NCBI RefSeq assembly: GCF_001194135.2
Contig: NC_068993.1
Location: forward strand, 49,064,442 to 49,103,574
DNA length: 39,133 bases
Reading direction: 5' to 3'
Origin: Octopus bimaculoides
Lineage: Eukaryota
A program made the translations under genes and the position numbers. Below the pieces are notes generated by a model. It was given only the letters and a program-made list of their open reading frames with translations, was not told the origin of the DNA and did no database searches. Below, one piece after another: positions 11,486-22,380 of the stretch. Position 1 is the first letter of the stretch, and each line of letters begins with the position of its first letter.

Positions 11486-12074
11486 CTACTATCTCTACGT
11501 CTCCTTTTCCATCTGCCTCTTCCATGTTCCTTTCCTTTCCACCATACGTACATCAGGACAACACTTGTCGTCTTCTGTCAGAAACACACAAACACACGCA
11601 CATCACATATCACACATCACACACACCAAACTGCATGATCACATCCTCAGCCATGCACACATCCATACGCACACATTTCCATGCACGCATGCACGAACAC
11701 GCACACACACATATACACAGACATATACACATATAATCATACGAATACCAAAATAGTCACGACCACATACACACACATACACACACAGAACCATCGTACA
11801 TCAAACAATACATTCATATATTCATAAGCGCAAACATCTATATATATGCACACATCCGTACACGCAGACATCTCTACTCGCACGCATACATACACCGATA
11901 CACGCGCAAACGCACATACACACACACACACACACTCAATGATAGGAACACAGAAGCACTCACAAGCACATACACACACACAGGTGCCTCTAAATTTATA
12001 TACATATAACAAATAAAAACATGTATTGGTTTTGATTTAATGTCTTGGCCTTTTCGTCTCACAGTTTACTACAT

Positions 12075-12730
12075 CCTTCACCAACACCACCACAACCACC
12101 ACCACCCACAACAACAACAACAACGCTACCAGAAGCACCTCCATCACCACCATCGGTACCACCAACTCCACCCCCGACTCTGCCATCAGTATTAGCATCA
12201 CCATCACCACAGCCATTTCTACCAACACTATCATCATCACTATTACCACCACTACCACCACTACCACCACTACCACCACCACCACCACCACCACCATCAT
12301 CATCACCACAACTAGCATCACTGTCACCACGACCTCTGTAACCACTACTAACACCACACCACCACCAATACCACCACCAATACCACCACCAATACCACCA
12401 CCAATACCACCACCATCACCACTATCAGCATGACTCTCACTACGACCACTAAAGCCATTACCAACACCTCCACCGCTGCTACCACCACCATCACCATCAC
12501 CACCAGCACCACCATCACTATCGCCTTGATCGCTGTAACCACCACAAAACCACCACCAACGCTATCGGCACTGCTATAACCACCGTGCACCGTCCTCCTC
12601 CACCATCGCCATCAATACTACCCCACCCTCTCATTATCACTATCACTACCAACAGCATCATCATCATTATCAGTAAGTATAAACAACGTAACTATCACCT
12701 CCACCACCAACGTCATCATCACCATCGTTC
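12075..12730. repeat. Degenerate (ACC)/(ATC)/(ACT) trinucleotide low-complexity block
   Basis: Read directly from sequence; source of the poly-T/P/V ORFs. Confidence 0.9.
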
Positions 12731-12888
12731 ACAGAATGTTTTTCTGTTTTCTTCTTTTTATCTCGAAATCTTAAACGTTTCCTTAGGTTTCTTTTGATAC
12801 CAATAGATTCCTTTAACTGAACAAACGGAAGAAGCATCTGTAAACGCTTTCAACCTGCAAGAAATAGCTGTTATTTCTTCCTCAAATA

Positions 12889-13030
12889 GGTACATGCATG
12901 GCTGTGTGATTAAGAAGCTCGCTTTACATCTACGTGATTCGGGTTCAGTCCCACTACGTGGCACCTTGAGCATGTGTTTTTTTTTCTATAGCCTCGGCCG
13001 ACTAATGTCTTGTGAATGAATTTGACAGAC
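12889..13030 (+). mobile_element. SINE family A, 5' half
   Basis: ggctgtgtgattaagaagc (A box) ... gggttcagtcccactacgtggcaccttgagc (B box and core). Confidence 0.85.
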
Positions 13031-13154
13031 AGTGCAAACCCAAAGTGTGTAGATGTATATGAGCTTTTTTGCCATGTACTAAGCAGTTTTGTTGGACGTG
13101 CTAACGATTCTTCTATCTCGCTGACTTAGCAGCAGTAATATTGGTCTCAGATGA

Positions 13155-13340
13155 TTTTAACACAAGGCCAGAAATTTTGAGGGAAGGACTAAGTCGATAA
13201 CATCAACCCCAGTGCTCAACTTGTATTCATTTCAACGACCCCGAAAGGATAAAAGGCAAAGTCGACCTCGGAGGAATATGAACTCAAAAACGCGCTGATG
13301 GCTGAAATGCTAATAAACGTTTCGTCCAGCTCGCTGCTTT
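13155..13340 (-). mobile_element. SINE family B
   Basis: cacaaggccagaaatttt...aagtcgataacatcaaccccagtgctcaac...ggcaaagtcgacctcgg matches the reverse complement of family B. Confidence 0.85.
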
Positions 13341-13370
13341 TATTGATTCTAATATGACTGCTACAGCTAG

Positions 13371-13690
13371 GGCGGCGAAATGGCAGGATCGTTAGCACGT
13401 TGGACGAAATGCTTAGCGGCTCCACGAACCTCAATATCTCTCTTGTCTTCCTTCTTTCCTCTCCCGCGTCCGCCGGCGGCCCAGCACCTCCGGCCGTCGC
13501 GGCGACCGGCTTCGGCAGTCGTTAAGCATTTCGTCCGTCTGTACGTTCTGACGTTCATATTCCGTCGAAGTCGACTTTGCCTTTCATTCTTTCGGGATCG
13601 ATAAAATCAATACCAGCTGATCACTGGAGTCGATTAATAGACTTACCTCAGCCCCCACCCCGCCTATCGCCACGAAATTGCTGGCCTTGT
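13371..13690 (+). mobile_element. SINE family B carrying a 107-bp GC-rich insertion (13421-13527)
   Basis: Head ggcggcgaaatggcaggatcgttagcacg; body resumes at atttcgtccgtctgtacgttctg; tail ggccttgtgccaaaatttgaaaccaat. Confidence 0.85.
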
Positions 13691-13759
13691 GCCAAAATTT
13701 GAAACCAATATTAGCTCCAGTAACAGCACCGTCACCTCATCACCACCATCAACAATATT

Positions 13760-13826
13760 CTTTTCTACACAAGGCACAAGGCCCGAAATTTTGGGGGACG
13801 GAGCCAGTCGATTAGATCGACACAAT
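13760..13826 (-). mobile_element. 5'-truncated SINE family B 3' end with 18-bp TSD
   Basis: TSD accaccatcaacaatatt at 13742-13759 and 13827-13844; the insert matches the B tail seen at 14436-14500. Confidence 0.9.
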
Positions 13827-13856
13827 ACCACCATCAACAATATTAACATCATGAAA

Positions 13857-14503
13857 GGCGACGAGCTGGCAGAAACGCTAGCACGCCGGGCGAAATGCTT
13901 AACGGTATTTCGTCTGCCGTTACGTTCTGAGTTCAAATTCCGCCGAGGTCCACTTTGCCTTTCATCCTTTCGGGGTCGATAAATTAATTACCAGTTACAC
14001 ACTGGGCTCGATGTAATCGACTTAATCCCGTTGTCTGTCCTTGTTTGTCCCTTCTATGTGTAGCCCCTTGTGGCCAATAAAGAAATAAGAAACGCTAGCA
14101 CGCCGGGCGAAATGCTTAGCAGTATTTCGTCTGCCGTTACGTCCTGAGTTCAAATTCCGCCTCGGTCAATTTGTCTTTCATCCTTTTGGGGTCGATAAAT
14201 TAAGTACCAGTTACCCACTGGAGTCGATGTAATCGACTTAATCCTTTTGTCTGTCCTTGTTTGTCCCCTCTACGTTTAGCCCCTTGTGGGCAATAAAGAA
14301 ATAAGAAACGTTAGCACGCCGGGCGATATGCATAGCGGTATTTCGTGGGGGTTTTTTTGCGTTCAAATTCCGTCGAGGTCCACTTTGCCTTTCATCCTTT
14401 CGAGGTCGATAAATTAAGTATCAGTTGCGTACTAGGGTCGATCTAATCGACTAGCTCCCTATCCAAAAATTTCGGGCCTTGTGCCTACAGTAGAAAAGAA
14501 TAT
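13857..14503 (+). mobile_element. Head-to-tail trimer of SINE family B
   Basis: Units restart at gaaac at 13872, 14089 and 14305 (217 and 216 bp apart). Only the first unit has the full A box (tggcagaaac); the B box gagttcaaattcc is intact in units 1-2 and near-intact (gcgttcaaattcc) in unit 3. Confidence 0.92.
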
Positions 14504-14539
14504 TAGCATCACGAATTAGTAAAGGAGTTTCTACATGGT

Positions 14540-14735
14540 TGTAGGCCTGCTAGAAATAACAGGCAAATTCGTATTCTGACATTTTAAAGAATAAAAAAAA
14601 AACAGAAGGACGATTGATGACATAGTCTTAGATAATGAGTTTCTGGATTAAGAAGATTCGGGATTGCGACAGTTAGAGACCTTTTGACCACACGTCTTCC
14701 CGGTCATGGTTGGCCTGGGGCTAAACAACAACGGA
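14540..14735 (+). mobile_element. Old dispersed repeat (family D) ending in (AAC)n
   Basis: The ggcctgctagaaataacaggcaaat motif recurs at about 10855, 12866, 23330, 26547 (-) and 36775. The 3' end ggttggcctggggctaaacaacaac resembles 28760-28832 (-). Confidence 0.5.
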
Positions 14736-14739
14736 ACCA

Positions 14740-15035
14740 TCATAGCCACCACCACCACCCACCCATTCACCTTCCACCATCACCATCACCATCATCATCA
14801 CCAGCACCAACACCCTCGGTGCTATTATTAGCCTCTCCATCAACCTCTCGTTGCTGTCATTGTCAGCGTTAGCTCTCCCCTTGCTCTCCATTCATCTTCT
14901 CCCCCTTGCTCTCATCAACGTCCCATTATCGTTGTTGTCTACTTCGCCACCATCGCTCCTCTCACCACCACCACCACCACCACCACCACCNNNNNNNNNN
15001 ATCACACCACTATTGCAGTGGCCATTACCACACGC

Positions 15036-15083
<48 letters not shown>

Positions 15084-15286
15084 AAATATACATACACACA
15101 AACACACGCATTGATGCAAACACAAACAAACCCACATCACACAAGTACCACCACCACCACCACCATTATCACTAACATCTCAGATCATTATTAACATCAC
15201 CATCATCACCACGACGGCCACCACCACCACAACCACTATCATCATCATCATTATCATCATCGTCATCATTATCACCATCATCAACA

Positions 15287-15317
<31 letters not shown>

Positions 15318-15671
15318 CTTCTTCTTCTTCTTCTTCGTCATCGTCATCATCATTACCACCACCACATCACTATCCCACACATAGTAAACATCACACACAA
15401 TCACAACGAACATCACATTTCCATCCTTTCTCTCCCTCACACACACACACACACACACACACCACCACCACCACCACCAGCAACAACAACAACATGCTCA
15501 TCACATCATATATACACATGTACACACATACGCACTACGAGCAACAACATCCTCCATTACATCACACACACGCGCACACGCACACACACACGTGCGCACA
15601 CACACACACCACTACCACCTTCTCCACCACTTTCACTACCTCTGCACCACTAACAGCATGCCCATCACATT

Positions 15672-15731
<60 letters not shown>

Positions 15732-15785
15732 CATTACCAAAATCTTTCATCACCGACACACACAATAGCACCATTATAACCACCG

Positions 15786-15819
<34 letters not shown>

Positions 15820-16034
15820 TCGAAGACTCCATTACAATGCCTCCTGCATCACCACCACCACCACCACCACTACTATTGACACCACCATCACCATCGTTAT
15901 TATCCCCATTTGCACCAACATGCGTTCCCCCTCCTCCTCTTCCTCCTTCTCCTTCCTCATGATCGTCATCGTCGTCGTCGTCGTCATCGTCATCATCATC
16001 ATCATCATCATCATAATCATCATCATCGTCATCG

Positions 16035-16069
<35 letters not shown>

Positions 16070-16585
16070 TACCTCCTTTCATCGTCATCGTTATCTACAT
16101 TAGCAATACTACCTTCGTCATTGTGACTATCACAATTGTCATCGTCATCATCATCATCATCTTCATTACCATAGTCTTTATCATCATCGTGTGCATCATC
16201 TTCCTCTTCGCCCTCATCATCATCATCATCATTATCATCATCAACAGCAACATCAACATCATCAGCTTCATTATCATCATCATTATCATTACCACCATTA
16301 CAACCACCACCACCACCGGCAACAACAACAACAACAACGCCGACGTCATTAACATCGTCACCACCACCAACAACACCAACACCTCCACCACCACTTCCAT
16401 CATCATAATCATCATCGTCGTCATCAACATCATCATCATCATCCTCATCATCACAGACCGCCTCTCCAGCCCCATCGCCAGAGATAATCCTTACAATTGT
16501 CATTAATCTTGGGTCTGACAAAATAATCAGAATTTAATCTGACTGACGGAAGCTCAATGACTGCTACCACTACAACCACTACCAT

Positions 16586-16642
<57 letters not shown>

Positions 16643-17120
16643 GGCTACGGCTACAACCGCCATAACTACGACTACCACCTACACCATCTTTATTGTCACC
16701 ACAATCGTTATCAACGACTTACGCCAACCTTACTAGGACTAATACTATGATAACCGAAACAACTTCTACAATCACTAATGCATGCCCTTGTCATTAGCAT
16801 CAACGCCACCACCATCAACAGCACCATCAACACCACCGCCGTCACCACCAGCAACATCGCCGCCTCCACTAGTGCCGTCGTCACCGCCAGTGCCGTCGCC
16901 ACCAATTACCTTATTCCTAACATCGCCGTCACAATTACCACCAACACCTCTAGCAATGCCAGAACCACCACCACCACCACCACCGACACCGCCAACATCA
17001 TCATCAACCCGCTTTACCACCAATATTACCACCACTGATATCATCATCATCATCATCAACATCATGATCGCCGTCATTATAATTAGCACCACCTCTATCA
17101 CCGTCATAATCATCATCATG
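14740..17120. repeat. Large compound low-complexity block: (ACC), (CA), (TTC), (ATC), (AAC), (ACT)
   Basis: Read directly from sequence. Confidence 0.92.
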
Positions 17121-18116
17121 CAAAAAGATATTGAGAGCTAGAGACCGGTATTTCGTTTGTTAGATTTGAACCTATGGCCGTGAAGCAGTCGTTTAGATGC
17201 ATTATATATATANNNNNNNNNNNNNNNNNNNNNNNNNNNNNNNNNNNNNNNNNNNNNNNNNNNNNNNNNNNNNNNNNNNNNNNNNNNNNNNNNNNNNNNN
17301 NNNNNNNNNNNNNNNNNNNNNNNNNNNNNNNNNNNNNNNNNNNNNNNNNNNNNNNNNNNNNNNNNNNNNNNNNNNNNNNNNNNNNNNNNNNNNNNNNNNN
17401 NNNNNNNNNNNNNNNNNNNNNNNNNNNNNNNNNNNNNNNNNNNNNNNNNNNNNNNNNNNNNNNNNNNNNNNNNNNNNNNNNNNNNNNNNNNNNNNNNNNN
17501 NNNNNNNNNNNNNNNNNNNNNNNNNNNNNNNNNNNNNNNNNNNNNNNNNNNNNNNNNNNNNNNNNNNNNNNNNNNNNNNNNNNNNNNNNNNNNNNNNNNN
17601 NNNNNNNNNNNNNNNNNNNNNNNNNNNNNNNNNNNNNNNNNNNNNNNNNNNNNNNNNNNNNNNNNNNNNNNNNNNNNNNNNNNNNNNNNNNNNNNNNNNN
17701 NNNNNNNNNNNNNNNNNNNNNNNNNNNNNNNNNNNNNNNNNNNNNNNNNNNNNNNNNNNNNNNNNNNNNNNNNNNNNNNNNNNNNNNNNNNNNNNNNNNN
17801 NNNNNNNNNNNNNNNNNNNNNNNNNNNNNNNNNNNNNNNNNNNNNNNNNNNNNNNNNNNNNNNNNNNNNNNNNNNNNNNNNNNNNNNNNNNNNNNNNNNN
17901 NNNNNNNNNNNNNNNNNNNNNNNNNNNNNNNNNNNNNNNNNNNNNNNNNNNNNNNNNNNNNNNNNNNNNNNNNNNNNNNNNNNNNNNNNNNNNNNNNNNN
18001 NNNNNNNNNNNNNNNNNNNNNNNNNNNNNNNNNNNNNNNNNNNNNNNNNNNNNNNNNNNNNNNNNNNNNNNNNNNNNNNNNNNNNNNNNNNTATATATAT
18101 ATATATATATATATAT

Positions 18117-18207
18117 GTACGGCGAGCTTTTCAGTTTCCGTCTACCAAATCCATTCACAAGACTTTGGTCGGCCTGAGGCTATAATACAAGTTACTTGCC
18201 CAAGATA
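18117..18207 (-). mobile_element. SINE family A, central fragment
   Basis: ttcagtttccgtctaccaaatccattcacaagactttggtcggcc is the reverse complement of 21071-21117. Confidence 0.85.
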
Positions 18208-18573
18208 CACACACACACACATGCATATATATATGTGTGTGTATATAAATTCTCTAAGAATGTACCAGTACTAACTAGTGCTATAAGAATCACTTTCGAA
18301 ATAAATTGATACTCATGTGCGCGTACGTACGCACGCATTTATACATACATACATACATACATTCTAATACCTACATGTGTACACACACACACACACACAT
18401 CTGATGAAAAGGTTTATTCATCTCAGTCAAATAAATTAATTATTTATCAGTTACACTAAGATTAAATGGCTGATGATGTTTGTAATCAAGCCGTAGAAAC
18501 AACTGTAGAACAACGAAATTTTGAGATATCATTTAGACCTTTATTTTGTTCTGTGGTGGGGGGGTATGCGTGC

Positions 18574-18608
<35 letters not shown>

Positions 18609-18701
18609 NNNNNNNNNNNNNNNNNNNNNNNNNNNNNNNNNGTGTGTTTCGTTTTTTTCTTTTTTCAATTTTAGAATTTAAACCTAACAAAGTAGCAGAC
18701 T

Positions 18702-18769
18702 TTTTTTTTTATGTCGAGACAGTTCTTGGAGTTTTTAACCTCCAAGAACTGTCACGACATAAAAAAAAA
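18702..18769. other. 68-nt near-perfect hairpin / inverted repeat
   Basis: T9-atgtcg-A-gacagttcttggag (18702-18731) pairs with ctccaagaactgtc-A-cgacat-A9 (18740-18769): 29 of 30 positions paired, 8-nt loop. Confidence 0.9.
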
Positions 18770-18932
18770 TAGAGCCTACAACTTTGTTAAGTATAAATTC
18801 TGAAATAAAAAAAAAAAACCAAGCCTAACATACATTTAAAAGAAATCATACTACCTGCCTACATACATACATACATACATACATACATACATACATACAT
18901 ACATAAATTGATGCATACATGCATACCTACAT

Positions 18933-19015
18933 CCCATAGAACGAGCCTTGTACCTTTGTTGGAAACCGGCTCCATCCTCAGTGGAAGATTTATAATAATT
19001 AAAAAACAGAAGAGA
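18933..19015 (+). mobile_element. 3' tip related to the R4-like element at 7014-7855
   Basis: gagccttgtacctttgttggaaaccggctc...tggaaga aligns with gagccttggatctgggttagaaaccgtctc...tggcaaga (7785-7830); both run into gacat(a/g)cataca. Confidence 0.55.
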
Positions 19016-19851
19016 CATGCATACATGCATAAAACAAAACATACACATCTGCACACATACATACATTCATGCTTGCATACATAAATTCATGCATACATCC
19101 ATACATATACTCATGCACACATAAATATTGTCAAGTATGCTTATATACATATCAGCATAAATACAAACACGCATCTATACATACATACAGGCATACATAC
19201 ATACATACATACATACATACATACATACATACATACATACATGCACGACTACACAATCAAATATTGTCTAGATTCCAATGTGTTTTGTTTCAAGACAAGA
19301 AACCGGAACTCTTTACCTTGATGGGAAATTCGAAAATTAAACCAAGAACGAACCTACTAATTTGAATATTTTACTAAAATCATTGAAGCAGAGTATATAT
19401 ATATTATGATCATTAATACACTGTTATGTTTAAGTAACAGTCTGGCATAATCTTGAGTTTCCAGGTAAAAAAAAGACAGGCTGTAGTCTACAAATTCTGT
19501 GAGCATAACAGTAAAAATGTGCAAAATTTTTCTAAAATTCAGTAAGTCATTCTTTCCCGTTCTTATCTGAATTTCAATGATGGGGTTTCGTTTTTTAGAA
19601 AACAAGCCATTTTTTTTTCTTCTTTTTCATGTGAATTCAGAGTTAAAAGGCTAAAGAACATTTCATTTACTTAGACACGCATACATGCTTCGTATAGCAA
19701 TACATAATATTTGCTTCATACATGCATACATAATATATGCTTCATACATGCATACATAATATATGCTTCATACATACATATCTACATACATACATACTTA
19801 CATACTTATCTAAATAATACATACATACATACATTCGTACATACATACATT

Positions 19852-19883
<32 letters not shown>

Positions 19884-20718
19884 CATACATACATAGACAC
19901 ACACAGATACATTTAGAAACCTACTATCACAATAGACACCTATATTTATACAAAAGAATATCCTCCTTATCTCTTTCTACCTTACACACACACACACACG
20001 CACACACACACACACACACACATTTACACATATTCCGACACACTCAAACAAGTTTAAACACTCATTCACATACTGAGAGAGACACATGCACGGATAACAC
20101 AAACGCATGTACGTACGCATACGCCAACATTTACACTCACGTCCATAGATTTCAGATCAAAGATTTTACAGAAAGAGAAAGAGAACGAGAATGCGAGTAA
20201 ACGACTTACGATCAGAAATAGAAATATATCATCGGGTGAAAGTTATGTGACTCACGGGTGTTAATGGTGTCTGCTATATACATCCGGTATGTATTCTGCC
20301 GCTATACATAGACATGACAATGTACGCGCGCGCGCGCGTGTGCGTACACACGTATATACATATATATTTGTGCAAGTTATATATATGTATGTATGTATGT
20401 ATGTTTGTATATAAATATATGAATATACAGGTGTGTGCTTATGTGTTTGTATGTGTGCATATGTATGTATATGTGTATGTGAAAGAGAGAGAGAGTGAAA
20501 GAAAGAAAGAAAGAAAGAAAGGAAGGAAGGAAGAGACAGACAGCCGTACTCACAGACAGGCGGATTCTCAGAAAGACAGAGGGGGAAAAGCACACAACCA
20601 GACGTTTTTTGTCTCTCCAAGAAGTCATCACGTTTTCGAACATTAAAAGAGTGTTTAATTTTCTTCATTTATTTATTTATGCGCTGACATATGCTTGAGT
20701 GTGTACATACATACATAG

Positions 20719-20789
<71 letters not shown>

Positions 20790-20973
20790 NNNNNNNNNNN
20801 NNNNNNNNNNNNNNNNNNNNNNNNNNNNNNNNNNNNNNNNNNNNNNNNNNNNNNNNNNNNNNNNNNNNNNNNNNNNNNNNNNNNNNNNNNNNNNNNNNNN
20901 NNNNNNNNNNNNNNNNNNNNNNNNNNNNNNNNNNNNNNNNNNNNNNNNNNNNNNNNNNNNNNNNNNNNNNNNN

Positions 20974-21135
20974 GTAGCTGTGTGGTAAGAAGCTTGCTTA
21001 CCAACCACATGGTTCTGGGTTCAGTCCCACTGCGTGACACCCTGGGCAAGTGCCTTCTACTATAGCCTCGGGCCGACCAAAGCCTTGTGAGTGGATTTGG
21101 TAGACGGAAACTGAAAGAAGCCCGTCGTATATATG

Positions 21136-21170
<35 letters not shown>

Positions 21171-21388
21171 GTATGTGTGTGTATATGTTTGTGTGTCTGT
21201 GTTTGTCCCCCCAACTTCGCTTGACAACCGATACTGATGTGTTTACGTCCCCGTAACTTTGCGGTTCGGCAATAGAGACCGATAGAATAAGTACTAGGCT
21301 TACAAATAATAAGTCCTGGGGTCGATTTGCTCGACTAAAGGCGGTGCTCCAGCATGGCCGCAGTCAGGTGACTGAAACAAGTAAAAGA
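20974..21388 (+). mobile_element. SINE family A, best-preserved near-full-length copy
   Basis: tRNA-like head (gctgtgtggtaag; gggttcagtccc), conserved core, internal (TA)/(TG) tract, gtcga-tttgc-tcgac hairpin, and LINE-like tail ccagcatggccgcagtc-aggt-gactgaaacaagtaaaaga. The extreme 5' end lies in a gap. Confidence 0.92.
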
Positions 21389-21544
21389 TTAAAGGAGAAA
21401 TAGTTTAAATTTTCGGTGAGGATCAGAACAACTATACCTGGTTGAAAGTTCGGCTATATTGAGATTTTTATAAAAGAAAAAAAGATGCGGGAAGAAAGAG
21501 AAAAAGATAGAGAGAAAGAAAAAAATGTTTTTTGAGATTTCTGT

Positions 21545-21813
21545 GAACATTTGATCGTTTAAACCTTGATTTTACCTATTCGCTATTTTGGAGTTTTTAT
21601 TTCCATAGAAGAAATCTATCCTGGGATGTCACGAATTTCACAAAATGAATCAGTGCAAGAACTGTGAGCTGCACCTAAAAATACATTTCAGAAAATGCTT
21701 CCTTACAGAGTAGAGGAACGATTCTGGAGCGGAGAAACCTGGTTAAATTATAAATAAGAAATAATTTTCTTCACTTTTCTTTTTCATTTTTTTTTTTTCG
21801 GACAGACATCATA
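21545..21813 (+). mobile_element. Highly degraded 3' end of a second mariner family
   Basis: FLFP*KKSILGCHEF and QNESVQEL*AAPKNTFQK resemble the mariner C-terminus (DFFLFPKLK...; ...ELKAIPK..FQ.). The block ends ttcggacagacatcata, a mariner-like TIR end plus TA. Confidence 0.5.
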
Positions 21814-22050
21814 TTTCAAGAATGGTAGCATTGTGTGCAAAGCTTAAGTCATCAAGTTGTTTGAATTTCCCAACACCCTAATTGTGCATAGAGCCTGTCT
21901 ATTTCTTTTATAACACATATACACACACACCCACACATACGGATGTGTGTAGTATGCCCACACACACACACACACACACATAAACATATATATCATATCA
22001 TATATATATANNNNNNNNNNACACACACACATAAACATATATATCATATC

Positions 22051-22082
<32 letters not shown>

Positions 22083-22084
22083 AC

Positions 22085-22116
<32 letters not shown>

Positions 22117-22164
22117 AGAGAGACAGAGAAAGAGAAAGAGAGACAGAGAAAGAGAAAGAGAGAC

Positions 22165-22221
<57 letters not shown>

Positions 22222-22331
22222 GATGCATGATAAGGAGAAACACGAAAGTCACAGCACCAAGATATAGATTCTATGTGTAAGTGGAAATATACATATATAT
22301 ATCCGTACACATGTAAATACATACATACATG

Positions 22332-22380
<49 letters not shown>

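Noticed and set aside
13455-13530. HDV-like ribozyme fold for the GC-rich insert
   Set aside because: I could not build P1, P3 and P1.1 consistently, and the position of the catalytic C is a U.
13857-14503. Regularly spaced repeats suggestive of a CRISPR array or satellite
   Set aside because: The units are whole ~216-bp SINE copies with no unique spacers, in a eukaryotic context.
18470-18510. Hammerhead-like CUGAUGA...GAAAC-aacu-GUA
   Set aside because: Helix I cannot form (G opposite G at the first pair) and helix II needs a 3-nt bulge next to the core; at best a decayed relic.
18940-18982. Minus-strand CUGAGGA followed by a gagcc/ggctc stem
   Set aside because: No GAAA after the stem; the sequence is explained as a LINE 3' UTR tip.
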